Positions 29,747 through 39,847 of a DNA stretch of 64,000 nucleotides are shown here, piece after piece. The DNA comes from a virus (lineage: Duplodnaviria > Heunggongvirae > Uroviricota > Caudoviricetes > Crassvirales): IMG/VR virus record IMGVR_UViG_3300023112_000001. The stretch is one strand, 5' to 3'. Both the position numbers and the translations under genes were made by a program. The stretch's first letter is position 1; each line of letters opens with the position of its first letter. The notes beneath the pieces were generated by a model, which saw only the letters and a program-made list of their open reading frames with translations, was not told the DNA's origin and did not search any database.

Positions 29747-30370
29747 TTAATCTTCCCAAAAACCAGAACCTTCAGAACTATCATCAGAACTTGATGAGTC
29801 TTTTTCTGAATCCTTTACTGGTCTTTCCATGATAGCATCATTTTTATTATTTAATTTGCTACCTGGAACTCCAATATACCAAGGGTATCCGTTTAATCTA
29901 AGAAAATCACTTGGAAAATTACCGTTTCCATAATCTACAACTATATCAAACATTTGACCTTTATTTGCTGATAAAGATTCTTTAATGAAGATAAATGCAT
30001 AATCTAAAAAATCATTATAATCCTTTATATCTCTTTTATAATCTAATTGATCATTTTCATTTATTTCATGACCAAATGTTTTTAAAAGATGCTTTAATTC
30101 ATTAACCGCGTATTTTTCAGCAGCAGGTGATTTAAAACCACTAGAGTAATAAAACCCCTTATTTACTGGATAAACACTAATTGAATCATCACTATTAACA
30201 GTTTGCTCTGTGTCCCACGCAAACAATTTATAGTCAGGAGCATTTTCATTATCATTTTCTCCTTTCCTCTCTACTGTAACCTTACATCCAATAACTACTC
30301 CAGCTTTTCCATTATTAAATACTAATGCTTTTGGCTTGTCGTCAAATTTTTCTTGATCTAAATAACTCAT
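29747..30370 (-). CDS. putative single-stranded DNA-binding protein (T7 gp2.5-like, acidic C-terminal tail).
   Basis: Highly acidic C-terminus SSSSDDSSEGSGFWED with a penultimate aromatic residue; sits between the primase and the Sak4-like ATPase. Confidence 0.4.
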   Translation of the reverse strand: MSYLDQEKFDDKPKALVFNNGKAGVVIGCKVTVERKGENDNENAPDYKLFAWDTEQTVNSDDSISVYPVNKGFYYSSGFKSPAAEKYAVNELKHLLKTFGHEINENDQLDYKRDIKDYNDFLDYAFIFIKESLSANKGQMFDIVVDYGNGNFPSDFLRLNGYPWYIGVPGSKLNNKNDAIMERPVKDSEKDSSSSDDSSEGSGFWED

Positions 30371-30406
30371 TCTTTATATATATTTGTTGTTGATAATTAT
30401 AAAATT

Positions 30407-31120
30407 TTATCCGTAATACTCTTCTATTGTTCTAGCAACTAAACCTAAATCATTAGGTATATACATGTCTTTAAACATGCCTATTGGTGATTTTGCTGGA
30501 AACTGTCCATCAAAATTAGTTACAAATTGTTTTATAGCTTTACCTTCTTTAGAATCAAAAGTTTGTTTTCCGTATAAAACAGTATCAAACTTACCTTCTG
30601 GAGTAATATAATCTTGAACCATTTTTCCAGTTGTTTTGAATCTATAAGAAACACTATCAATAGAAGAATCTTTATACTCCTCAAAGTGGGCTAATACAAA
30701 GAAATCTAATCTTTCCGCACCTTCCATTGCATTAAAGATTAATCCCATATCATAGCCTATTTGTTTTGGAGCATCCCATCCTTTGCCTAATGCATTCTTC
30801 ATATAGTAATCTTGCATTACATAATTACTATCATCCCACACCACTCTTTTGATCTCTGGCATTTCAGATTCTACAAATGATATTACATCAGCCGTCATCT
30901 TGGCATTATTTGTAATAAATCTATGCCCAGAATTAGGCTTACCACCTCTATCAACTACGGGGTAAATCTTACTACTATTTTTAAATGGTAGTGGTTTACT
31001 TGTAGCTGAAATCACGTATGTTGTTTTAGGATCTAACCCCTCAATACCTAATTCTGGAATATGTCCAATACTAGAAGACTTTCCAAAACCAGATGCTGCT
31101 AAAATTAATGTCTTACTCAT
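30407..31120 (-). CDS. Sak4-like / AAA_24 family RecA-fold ATPase (recombination mediator).
   Basis: N-terminal Walker A ILAASGFGKSS; about 237 aa, typical for the phage AAA_24 family. Confidence 0.5.
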   Translation of the reverse strand: MSKTLILAASGFGKSSSIGHIPELGIEGLDPKTTYVISATSKPLPFKNSSKIYPVVDRGGKPNSGHRFITNNAKMTADVISFVESEMPEIKRVVWDDSNYVMQDYYMKNALGKGWDAPKQIGYDMGLIFNAMEGAERLDFFVLAHFEEYKDSSIDSVSYRFKTTGKMVQDYITPEGKFDTVLYGKQTFDSKEGKAIKQFVTNFDGQFPAKSPIGMFKDMYIPNDLGLVARTIEEYYG

Positions 31121-31140
31121 AACGTATTTATTAAATTAAT

Positions 31141-31890
31141 CTATTTTAATTTTAACGTAAAAATAATTATTCTATTTTCACTATTAAAATTCTGCTCAAA
31201 ATCACTAGCTGTTGAAGCTATCTTATAAAAATAATTAACTAATTCTTCATATCTATCTGTAATAGAAAATAATCCAAAAATAAATCTATCTCCTTGACTT
31301 TCTCTTAAAGTAGTATTAAAATTATTTTGTACTTCACTTAAAATACTTTTAACAGCACATATTCCAAAATGCCTATACACGCTTTCAATATCCCCAAACA
31401 TCCCTATACCACATGAGAAAAATGACTTTGAAAGAAATTTTAAAGTTCCAGTTTTTGTGACAAAACTACTATTTCCATGTGATTGATTATATCTTATATA
31501 AGGATATTCTCGTTTTTTTTGTGGTTCCGCTTTAAACCCCAGCGACTCTTCTGCTATCGGATTGTCTATTCCAATAGGACCTCCACGAGAATGTGCTGTA
31601 GATCGAAAGTTTTCCATTGCTCTTTTATATAGACCTGACGTTGAATTAGGGTCAATCTCATCGTCTGACGACTTTACCTCTTCCTCGTTTATTGATTCTT
31701 TTGCCCCGCTTTCACTTGTCGCTTCTCCCATATCTACATCTGAATAAAACCAATTTGGAAATTTCAAAGTTTCATTAATTTTAGATTCTCCATAATATTG
31801 AAGTGGGACAGGTTCGATAGGAGCTTCTTTTACCTCCTTTTTTGATGTTTTTTTATTAGATTTGTTTCTTAAATTTTTTCCTTTCTTCAT
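31141..31890 (-). CDS. hypothetical protein (249 aa), basic N-terminus.
   Basis: ORF only. Confidence 0.45.
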   Translation of the reverse strand: MKKGKNLRNKSNKKTSKKEVKEAPIEPVPLQYYGESKINETLKFPNWFYSDVDMGEATSESGAKESINEEEVKSSDDEIDPNSTSGLYKRAMENFRSTAHSRGGPIGIDNPIAEESLGFKAEPQKKREYPYIRYNQSHGNSSFVTKTGTLKFLSKSFFSCGIGMFGDIESVYRHFGICAVKSILSEVQNNFNTTLRESQGDRFIFGLFSITDRYEELVNYFYKIASTASDFEQNFNSENRIIIFTLKLK

Positions 31891-31909
31891 AAGCTTATTT
31901 ATTTGTATA

Positions 31910-32155
31910 TTAAATTTCGTTTCTTTTAAATTCTTCTATTCTTTTATATACAGATTCATTTACATCTCTTGGTAACTCTTTGAATTGATTCGCAGCCCCT
32001 AGAAACATTAAATCTATACTTAGATTAGATAATCCATCTCTATTTAATAATATTGATAATTCTCTATGATCATTTCCTATTCTATTTAAATTTAATCCAT
32101 GATAATTCTCAATATTATAGTAGTATGGATAGAATAGCCCAAACATAAGATTGCA
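31910..32155 (-). CDS. DnaB-like replicative helicase, exon 2 (C-terminal 81 aa).
   Basis: CNLMFGLFYPYYYNIENYH...SILLNRDGLSNLSIDLMFL aligns with the DnaB C-terminus ADLIMFIYRDE...IIIGKQRNGPIGTV.LTF. The ORF-track Met is created by the intron's terminal G. Confidence 0.6.
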   Translation of the reverse strand, partial: CNLMFGLFYPYYYNIENYHGLNLNRIGNDHRELSILLNRDGLSNLSIDLMFLGAANQFKELPRDVNESVYKRIEEFKRNEI

Positions 32156-32561
32156 CATTTTGTTATCTCTAAGGCTCTTTATCCTTAGATTCTATAGCTT
32201 TAATTAAGTTATACTATAGCTCAGACTATATCATCTTCCTAAAATCTAGAAAGTCGGATGTTCGTGGATATCTTATATTCTAAATAATGAGGCAAGTATC
32301 GAAGCTTGCAATTGGGACCCCGCAAGGCGCTATTAAGCGGAGCAGTGCTAGTTTCCACGCTTACTCTATTATCCTCTTAGGAGCTGTGTCTACCAATTCC
32401 ACCACTCATTATTTAGTTTCAATATCTAGTCGTTGAACCGACCAAAACCATTTAGATTCTGGGTTGGCTGCTGATTGTCCTCTTCAGGAGTTTCCAGCAA
32501 TTTATCCGATTTTATAGGGACTGCAATTTATACATCATTGATGTATGCATAAAAGGACTCA
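32156..32561 (-). ncRNA. group I self-splicing intron (about 406 nt, no homing-endonuclease ORF) interrupting the DnaB-like helicase gene.
   Basis: On the minus strand, the 5' exon ends with U (...AGGGAU) and can pair with intron GUCCUU to form P1. Conserved group I core elements are present: P AAAUUGCUGGAAAC, Q AAUCAGCAGCC, R GUUCAACGACUAGAUA, S AAGAUGAUAUAGUCUGAGC. The intron ends with G before UGC AAU CUU. No long ORF; GC content is higher than the surroundings. Confidence 0.7.
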
Positions 32562-33434
32562 ATCCCTAGCTGTTAATTTATTATCAGCTAATCCATATGG
32601 AGTAGGCTTAACCTTATCCACAACCAAACCTCCTTTAAAATCAAAAGCTGAATCTTGACTTTGAGCTGATTGTTGTTGAACATTTACTATACTATAATTA
32701 TATTTATCTCTTAATTGAAGGCAATAATTACTTGAAAACAAACTCATTGTTTCATGTAAAGACATTCCCTTTTCAGGATTCAATAAACCAATATGGTCGG
32801 TAATTACTATTACAAATTCATCAGGATTATTAGGATAATATGCATCCTTTTTTTTCTTTTGAATTATTTTTCCATTTTCCTCCCAGTCCATAGTAGTATA
32901 AGTTTGCTTTCCATTCTTTTCAGCATAAGAATTTACAAACTTTAAAATACCAGTAGGATTTCTTATATTGTCATTGATTACAACTATTTCTTCAAAAATC
33001 CTTAACCATTCCTGAAATTCTGGAGACTTAATTATATTTAGTATTTTTTCATCTAAAATATAGCTTGAAAAAACTGATCTTAATTTTTGGGGGCTAATAA
33101 TTATATTATGTGATTTAAACAATTTATAACTAATAGCAGATAATATTTTTAATTCTTTACTAATTTCAAGACTAAAATAAAAAATTTTAGGCTTAATGCT
33201 TGTGTTATCTTTATTAGCTATATACCAATCTACAACATTAAATACAAACATATAGTCTGTAAATTGTGTTTTAGCTCCTTTTTGAGCACTTGTTACTATA
33301 TAGTACTTGCCTTGCTCAATCCCTGGTAAATACTCTGATAATCTATTAAGAGAATAAGGTATTGCTACTAATTCTCCTTTTAATCTTCTATTCCTATTGC
33401 TTTCTAACTTACTTATAACATTTTCTGATAACAT
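32562..33434 (-). CDS. DnaB-like replicative helicase, exon 1 (291 aa, RecA-like core).
   Basis: Starts at MLSENV; the upstream 55 aa of ORF 32559..33599 are an out-of-frame overlap with the preceding gene. Walker A-like IVTSAQKGAKTQF, Walker B VIVITDHIG, and KPTPYGLADNKLTARD aligned to DnaB RPMLSDLRESGSIEQD. The in-frame stop immediately after is the first codon of the intron. Confidence 0.65.
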
Positions 33435-33435
33435 A

Positions 33436-33963
33436 TTAAATTCTTGTATAATTGCTAAAAGAATCCTTACTATCTTCTTTAATAATAGGCTCAATTTCAC
33501 CAATATATTTTTGAAATTTCTCTTGATTAAATAAAGTTTCAATACGAATATACATTGACATGGATCTATTGTCTTTCCATTCAGTATATTTATTATCAAT
33601 TACTTTTTTTAAATCATCTTTTCCATACCCTTGCCTTAATCTATCCTTAATATATCTTCTATTAGAGATAGACGTTACAGATATTTTAGTTTTATTGGTT
33701 ACTTTTTTAAAATATTCTATAATTTCAGTTATATCATCTTCTATAGAATTAATTTTAAAATGTCTTTTAGCTTTTGATGTTAATTTTATTGTTTCATCAA
33801 TAGATTCTAGATATCCCTTTTCTTCTAACGAATCCAAATATATTGATTCAGTATTAAAAGGGATATCAGAGTCTTTACCTATTTGATCTATTTTTAAAAT
33901 AGTTAAATATTCATTGATGTTTATTTTTAACTTTTCTAATAACGTTAAATCTATTTTAATCAT
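33436..33963 (-). CDS. hypothetical replication-associated protein (175 aa), possible helicase-loader/organiser.
   Basis: Directly upstream of and coupled to the helicase; no secure motif. Confidence 0.4.
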   Translation of the reverse strand: MIKIDLTLLEKLKININEYLTILKIDQIGKDSDIPFNTESIYLDSLEEKGYLESIDETIKLTSKAKRHFKINSIEDDITEIIEYFKKVTNKTKISVTSISNRRYIKDRLRQGYGKDDLKKVIDNKYTEWKDNRSMSMYIRIETLFNQEKFQKYIGEIEPIIKEDSKDSFSNYTRI

Positions 33964-34150
33964 TTTGCATATAGATATATTTTAATTTATTTTAATTTTG
34001 TCTTAGTTACTGAAACCCCAGGTCTACTACCCATCATTTCTTCATGATATATTTGCTCTTTTTTAAGAGTTTCAGCATCTTTAGGGGTTTTTCTAGCCCC
34101 TATAATACCACGCTCTCTACTAGTTACTATATAAATATCCATGTTTTAAT

Positions 34151-34480
34151 TTATTTTAATGAATCCAATAAATCTTTTTTTGTAGAAAATAATTTATTTT
34201 CATAATCAAAAAAATAATGAGGCGAACTTTGATATTCTTCACTATCAAAATGTAATAAATTAATATTATATCTTATCCATCCATCTATCTTTTTATCTTT
34301 TTTTGGTACAAAAAATAAATTATTAAATATTTCCTTTACTTTATATCCTCTTGAAGATAATCCTGGGGTTTTAAAAGCAAATTCTAAATAATCTACTACT
34401 CCTTTAGAAACTTTATTATCAGATAAAAACCATACAGAATCTCCAGGTGAAAATTTATAGTTTATTTCAAATTTATTCAT
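34151..34480 (-). CDS. hypothetical protein (109 aa).
   Basis: ORF only. Confidence 0.4.
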   Translation of the reverse strand: MNKFEINYKFSPGDSVWFLSDNKVSKGVVDYLEFAFKTPGLSSRGYKVKEIFNNLFFVPKKDKKIDGWIRYNINLLHFDSEEYQSSPHYFFDYENKLFSTKKDLLDSLK

Positions 34481-34623
34481 ATTATTTAATTTTTAAATAT
34501 CTAATTTGATTATCTTTAATAGATTTTATCTCTCCAAGTGGAATCAATCTATTTACTTTTTTTGATCCAGTTTTAGATAAAAAAGTCAATGTGTCTTCTA
34601 TGTAAATTACCATAATATATGTG

Positions 34624-35067
34624 TTAATAATTTTCTTTTAAAATTTGAAAAATTAGCTTAAGAGACATTCCATCTATACCTTTATCATAGGAAGAACCAG
34701 TCCTATCATATAAAATATTCATATTGTATTTACTAAAAAATTCCCATCCAGAAAACCCTTCCTCTCCTGCAAATACAACCACTTTTTCGACATCTGGGCA
34801 ATATCTCATAGAAATGTAACGAGGGTTTTTGTCATAATAACCTGTTAGAGTTATTTTCATTAAAGGAAGACATATTATAATATCTTCATATGATACTTTA
34901 GATTCAGGATTATAATTCATATACAAATCATGTAAATCTGAAATTGACCTTCTCCTACCTCTACTGCAGTTTGTTGTTGCTGGAGATCCAGAATTAATAT
35001 ACTTCTCTAAAAAGGTTAATAAATCCTTCTCTTCTTCAATTGATTTATTTGGTTCTGATAACTCCAT
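34624..35067 (-). CDS. hypothetical protein (147 aa).
   Basis: ORF only. Confidence 0.4.
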   Translation of the reverse strand: MELSEPNKSIEEEKDLLTFLEKYINSGSPATTNCSRGRRRSISDLHDLYMNYNPESKVSYEDIIICLPLMKITLTGYYDKNPRYISMRYCPDVEKVVVFAGEEGFSGWEFFSKYNMNILYDRTGSSYDKGIDGMSLKLIFQILKENY

Positions 35068-35479
35068 TATTATATTTTTTATATGAATTTATTAAAAAAT
35101 TTATCATAATATTAGCTTTTACTCTTCTTGCATGAGAGCTAGTGTATTCTATATATACATTATTGTTTAAAACATCTTTTAGAGATCTTGTGTAAACATG
35201 TGAATTATGAGCTCTTGCATATGTAAAAACTATTGAATCTACATTATGACAATATATAAGATATATTTTATTTGTTGCAAATAATTTTAATAATATACTA
35301 GCTAATTCTTTTTTAGAAATTTTTTTTTCAATTACATATTCCCATATATATAAAAAAGTCACTCCACTATAATAATTTCTTCTAGGATTATCTAAGCATT
35401 CTAATTTGTATTCTTTAAAGTATTTACGTATTTTTATTTTATGTCTTATTTTTGCTATTTTTTTTATAAAATTTTTCAT
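35045..35479 (-). CDS. hypothetical basic protein (144 aa).
   Basis: ORF only. Confidence 0.4.
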   Translation of the reverse strand: MKNFIKKIAKIRHKIKIRKYFKEYKLECLDNPRRNYYSGVTFLYIWEYVIEKKISKKELASILLKLFATNKIYLIYCHNVDSIVFTYARAHNSHVYTRSLKDVLNNNVYIEYTSSHARRVKANIMINFLINSYKKYNNGVIRTK

Positions 35480-35482
35480 AAT

Positions 35483-36661
35483 TTATTTTATATATTGTTT
35501 TAATCCTTGTAAAGCATTATTTAAAAATTCTTCATCTCTAGTATTTTTTACATATATAATATATTGAATAGGTTTTTGACCTCTAAATATTCTACCTGAT
35601 TTTTGTATATATCTACGAGTAGATCCATCTAATTGAACTATTAGCCCAGATTCAATGTCAGTTAAATTAACCCCTTCTTGTAACATACTAATTGCAAATA
35701 TATTTGATATTTTACCTTTATTAAAGTTATTGATAATTTCTTGATTATTTTTGTTTTTAGAATGCACTACATTATTATGTGATCCTAAAGTTTCTGCTTG
35801 ATCTATACTTCCAGCAAAACAAATAAATCTAGATTTTTTATTGGATAGTTTCTTTGAAATATCTAATGCATGTGGAGTTTTCACTTCAGAGAGAAATCTT
35901 TTTCTTTGTGATCCAAATTGTAACCATTTATCTTTATTCCATTTAGCTTTGGTTCTAAAGTATAGTTTTCTCCAATACTCCATTTGTTCTTCAAGCCAAA
36001 TATATTTTTGGTGCTGAGTACAATGTACTTTTAAATTTACTGCTGTATTTTCTTTAAGAATTTTCCATCTTTCAGAATACTTACATTCTAATTCTATACG
36101 GTTTGTGGACAATCCTTTAGTTAAAATAAAGTTTTGATTTATATTTTCATCATTTAATTCAACTTCAATAAGATTTATTTCAGGCTTTGGAATTAAATTC
36201 CATTTTATAGCATCGTTTAAGGTAATAGTGTAAGTGTGCAGCCTTTTAAATAAGTATTTTAAGGTGTATTTATGGTCTTCATCTAATGTAGCTGATAAGA
36301 ATATGTTGTTATTGCATTTAATAGATTTAATAGCTCCTATTCTCTTATCAGACCCTAATCCATTATGTGCTTCATCATAAATTACCCAATCAATTTCTGT
36401 ATTAGCTAATTTATGTATAGATGCATATAAAACCATTGTACTTCTACCTAGTATGTCTTCGTGACCATGTTTTAATATATCTGCCTTCCAGTTAGCCTTA
36501 TGCGTTGTTTCAGATAACACAATATAACCCCTTCCCTTTAACGTCGATACGATATCTAAAGCTGCTTTAGTTTTACCAGTGCCAGTAGCCCATTCTAAAA
36601 ATAAGTTACTATATTTAGCAAATAATTCTACAGCTTTAAATTGTATTTGATTTTTTGTCAT
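35483..36661 (-). CDS. superfamily-2 DEAD/DEAH-type helicase.
   Basis: Motif I EWATGTGKT, motif II YDEAHN, motif III FLSAT, motif VI QKSGRIFRG. Confidence 0.7.
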   Translation of the reverse strand: MTKNQIQFKAVELFAKYSNLFLEWATGTGKTKAALDIVSTLKGRGYIVLSETTHKANWKADILKHGHEDILGRSTMVLYASIHKLANTEIDWVIYDEAHNGLGSDKRIGAIKSIKCNNNIFLSATLDEDHKYTLKYLFKRLHTYTITLNDAIKWNLIPKPEINLIEVELNDENINQNFILTKGLSTNRIELECKYSERWKILKENTAVNLKVHCTQHQKYIWLEEQMEYWRKLYFRTKAKWNKDKWLQFGSQRKRFLSEVKTPHALDISKKLSNKKSRFICFAGSIDQAETLGSHNNVVHSKNKNNQEIINNFNKGKISNIFAISMLQEGVNLTDIESGLIVQLDGSTRRYIQKSGRIFRGQKPIQYIIYVKNTRDEEFLNNALQGLKQYIK

Positions 36662-36894
36662 TTCATATATTTTTCTAATTCAATTTGCTTATTCAAGCAA
36701 CCTTGAAAGCTTGAAAGCTTTTTATATTGATCATATTCTAATCCAAATCCTTCTATTTTAAATCCTTTTCTTGAATAAGAGTATTTTAATACACAAGTAA
36801 TAGTACCTATACTCCTCCTATAACTGTATTTAAATTTTGATGAAGACTCAAATACAGTTTTCCAATCGTTAGGTTTTATTAATCCAAAAAACAT
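36658..36894 (-). CDS. hypothetical protein (78 aa).
   Basis: ORF coupled to the helicase. Confidence 0.35.
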   Translation of the reverse strand: MFFGLIKPNDWKTVFESSSKFKYSYRRSIGTITCVLKYSYSRKGFKIEGFGLEYDQYKKLSSFQGCLNKQIELEKYMK

Positions 36895-36988
36895 ATTGTA
36901 AGTCTTTTAATTATACATAATATAATAAATGATATTATAATATATATTATGGCATTAAAATAACACCATAATATATATAAATAATAAA

Positions 36989-37219
36989 TTAATAATCTAA
37001 AATAAAACAAACTTTTCTTTCCTCTTTATTATTAAATTCTTTTTCTTTACTCAATAAAGATAGTCCACTTTTTCCTGAAGAAGTTTCTATGTCTTTTGTT
37101 AAAACAATATCGCGAATTATTGATGTAGTGATATCAGATTCACTATCAAAAAATTCTATTTCATCATCATCATTTAACGCTGAATTAGATAAAGCTTCTT
37201 TTAATTCTTTTAATTTCAT
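36989..37219 (-). CDS. hypothetical acidic protein (76 aa).
   Basis: ORF only. Confidence 0.35.
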   Translation of the reverse strand: MKLKELKEALSNSALNDDDEIEFFDSESDITTSIIRDIVLTKDIETSSGKSGLSLLSKEKEFNNKEERKVCFILDY

Positions 37220-37226
37220 ATTTTTA

Positions 37227-37901
37227 TTATTTTAAATTTTCAAAAGCTTCTTCAACAGCTTGAGAATGATTTTCATCCTCTTCATCTTCATTAGATATAT
37301 AATCTAATTTAAATTCTTTTGCTGTTATATCAGAATTAACTTGATTTATAGAATCATCTAGACTAGTGCCATCAACATCCAAAATACTATTATTAGCATT
37401 TTTAAGTGCGTTATTAGTCATTTGTCTAGCTTTAAGACCTTTAATCTCTATTTCATGTTTAGAAATTCTAGTCTTAAGTTTAGAAATGTTTGATTCTAAT
37501 TTAATTCTTGTTTGCATAATGGTTTCTAAATTTTTATTAAGCATATCTAATTCTTTTTGATACGTTAACATTAATTCCAATTTAGATTTAGCTAAATCAT
37601 TATTTTTATCATTTTTAGCTTCTAATGCTTCATGTTTTATAATATCAATTTTCTCTATGAGACTTTTAATTGATACTTCAATATTTTTTTCTTGAGCAAA
37701 TAAATCTCCAGCATTATCTACCATTTTATTGATAGATTTTTTAGCATCAGAAATTCTCAATTCTAATACTTTTACAGTATTAGTAATTTCCTTTAAAATT
37801 GAATTAGTTTCTGATCTAACCCAAAGTAATAGTTTCTTTCTATTAATAGCTCCGATTGCTAATATAATACAAATTGCTGCAATAATAATAATTGTTGTCA
37901 T
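37227..37901 (-). CDS. membrane-anchored coiled-coil protein (224 aa).
   Basis: N-terminal TM helix TTIIIIAAICIILAIGAI followed by a long heptad-like, charged region. Confidence 0.45.
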   Translation of the reverse strand: MTTIIIIAAICIILAIGAINRKKLLLWVRSETNSILKEITNTVKVLELRISDAKKSINKMVDNAGDLFAQEKNIEVSIKSLIEKIDIIKHEALEAKNDKNNDLAKSKLELMLTYQKELDMLNKNLETIMQTRIKLESNISKLKTRISKHEIEIKGLKARQMTNNALKNANNSILDVDGTSLDDSINQVNSDITAKEFKLDYISNEDEEDENHSQAVEEAFENLK

Positions 37902-37916
37902 AATTTTAATTTTAAT

Positions 37917-38348
37917 TTATTTTAATAATGTTTTTTTGTAATTTAATACTTTATTTTTAATATCAATATTTTCTTCAGAATCATTATCATGTATTTCAAA
38001 AAAATTTTCATCTAATTTTGAATAAGAAAACTGTAATCTATTTATAGAATAAAAATCTACATAATCACTATAAATTCTATGATTAGGTTTTTGAATCCAA
38101 TTTTTATCAACTAAACATTCATGATATTCATTTGAATTCATTTTTAAAAATCTATTTTTAAGATGAAATTCAACTAAAAATGGATATATAATTTCAGATT
38201 TATTGTCAACTGTATCTATATCGTTTTCAATATCAATATCAAATTTTTTAGCAATACTTATAACTTTTTTTAATTCTGAAAATCTATTTATTAATATTTG
38301 AGGACCATTTTTATCTACACAATAATTTAAAAACTCACGTTTTGTCAT
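37917..38348 (-). CDS. hypothetical protein (143 aa).
   Basis: ORF only. Confidence 0.4.
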   Translation of the reverse strand: MTKREFLNYCVDKNGPQILINRFSELKKVISIAKKFDIDIENDIDTVDNKSEIIYPFLVEFHLKNRFLKMNSNEYHECLVDKNWIQKPNHRIYSDYVDFYSINRLQFSYSKLDENFFEIHDNDSEENIDIKNKVLNYKKTLLK

Positions 38349-38504
38349 TTTTAAATATTTTAATGAATCTTCTAAATGAAAAATATATTAAACTTAATAT
38401 AATAAAAACTAAAAATATTATAAATATAAATTTAGCTAAAATTACCCCTATTATTATAGATAATGCTATTGTAAGCAATAATCTTTCTTTACTTATGTTA
38501 TTTT

Positions 38505-38918
38505 TCATTTTAATAATTTTTGTTTATAAAGCTCTGTTTTATTAATTTCATCATTTTGTATTAATTCATCAACATTTTTTATTGAAAATACATCCTGATG
38601 TACTTGACATAAAGATTCTAATGCGCCAATTTGTTCTTCAGCGTTATTAATATAATTTCTAAAATAAGATTTACCATATCGTTTAACATAATCACCTCCA
38701 TCTATGGTATGTGTGTATTTTAATACAAACAATAGTGCTGGAAAGTCTGGATTTTTTTGTATTAAATTATCATGCTCTAGATCTGGTAATTTTATTTTAA
38801 AAAACTCTTTCCAAAAATTTAATTCTTTTATATTATTGCATGTAATATAGAATTCATGATTAAATATATATAAAAGTAATTTTTCGGTATCTAATTGTAA
38901 GAAATCATAACTAATCAT
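38505..38918 (-). CDS. hypothetical protein (137 aa).
   Basis: ORF only. Confidence 0.4.
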   Translation of the reverse strand: MISYDFLQLDTEKLLLYIFNHEFYITCNNIKELNFWKEFFKIKLPDLEHDNLIQKNPDFPALLFVLKYTHTIDGGDYVKRYGKSYFRNYINNAEEQIGALESLCQVHQDVFSIKNVDELIQNDEINKTELYKQKLLK

Positions 38919-38924
38919 AACTAA

Positions 38925-39197
38925 TTATTCTAATAATTTTTGTTTATAGTTGTATACTTGAAAATCTACATCAAGCACTTCAATCAATTTAACATCTCTT
39001 ACATTACGTGTATTTAGATTACAATAATAATAAAAATCCATTTGTTTACCGTAAATTTCTCCTAAAACTTTACGGCATTTCTTTCCTTTTTTATTTTTTG
39101 AATCACAGTGTACATAATAATGCATTGAATTAAGATTACCAACTATATATTTTGGGTCTATTGCGCCACATTTTGGACATTTATAATGTTTTTCCAT
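38925..39197 (-). CDS. zinc-ribbon protein (90 aa).
   Basis: CPKCG...HCDSKNKKGKKC forms a C-x2-C / H-C-x-C metal-binding pattern. Confidence 0.4.
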   Translation of the reverse strand: MEKHYKCPKCGAIDPKYIVGNLNSMHYYVHCDSKNKKGKKCRKVLGEIYGKQMDFYYYCNLNTRNVRDVKLIEVLDVDFQVYNYKQKLLE

Positions 39198-39268
39198 AAT
39201 AAATTAATATAAAAAAAGAGATGGCATTTCTACCATCCCTCTAAACCTAAACTTACATTATGAAACAA

Positions 39269-39808
39269 TTATGATTGAGCGCTTAAGACTTTATTTTTTT
39301 TAATTACTCCTCCTTCATATTGCGATTCAAGAACTGTTTTAATTACAGTATGATCTATGTCTTCTGCTAAAACTAATTCGCATTGACGATAAACAGGAGA
39401 AGCTGTTTCTTTACAAACAAGCATTTCCAACTCTTTTGTCTCTCTATTTCTACCTTGACGAGGTTTATGATTGAAATCAGGATTAGGAGTTAAACTGTCA
39501 TTTATCTGTAATGCAAAATCTGTATCAAATATTTCATTAAGATTGTCCCCTATATTAACTGCCTCTGCATTCTCAGCAGATACATTTTGGAAACATCTTT
39601 GAATTTGCCCAGAAAATCCAAGCAACATAGCTGCTGCAGGATTAATTGATCCTCCACCTAAATTAACGGTTTGTCCAAGACAAAGTGTTATAAACTCAGG
39701 GTTAGCTGTTTCTTTTTTGTCAATTACGACAATATTTGCGCTATTTAAAACTTCTTTAATTTTAGCGTCTTGTAATAATTCTTCGTTTGTACTGTTTAAA
39801 TTAATCAT
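39269..39808 (-). CDS. hypothetical protein (179 aa).
   Basis: ORF only. Confidence 0.45.
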   Translation of the reverse strand: MINLNSTNEELLQDAKIKEVLNSANIVVIDKKETANPEFITLCLGQTVNLGGGSINPAAAMLLGFSGQIQRCFQNVSAENAEAVNIGDNLNEIFDTDFALQINDSLTPNPDFNHKPRQGRNRETKELEMLVCKETASPVYRQCELVLAEDIDHTVIKTVLESQYEGGVIKKNKVLSAQS

Positions 39809-39847
39809 AATAAGATTTTTTAATTTGTTAATAAATGTTAATAATTG

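Noticed and set aside
32156-32561. Intein or frameshift as an explanation for the split DnaB-like helicase.
   Set aside because: The insertion has no protein-coding capacity and no intein blocks. Instead it carries group I intron P/Q/R/S RNA elements and U/G splice-site nucleotides. A simple frameshift would not remove 406 nt of non-homologous sequence.
33435-33599. N-terminal 55 residues (MIINILNGKT...) of ORF-track entry 32559..33599.
   Set aside because: This segment overlaps the C-terminus of the upstream gene (33436..33963) in another frame and has no helicase similarity. The helicase begins at the internal Met (MLSENV, about 33434) with a TAATG-type junction.
36895-36990. AT-only palindromic spacer (ataatatatattat...) as a replication origin.
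   Set aside because: It is an extremely low-complexity AT tract of the kind that is common between genes in this genome. There are no flanking iterons or DnaA-box-like repeats.
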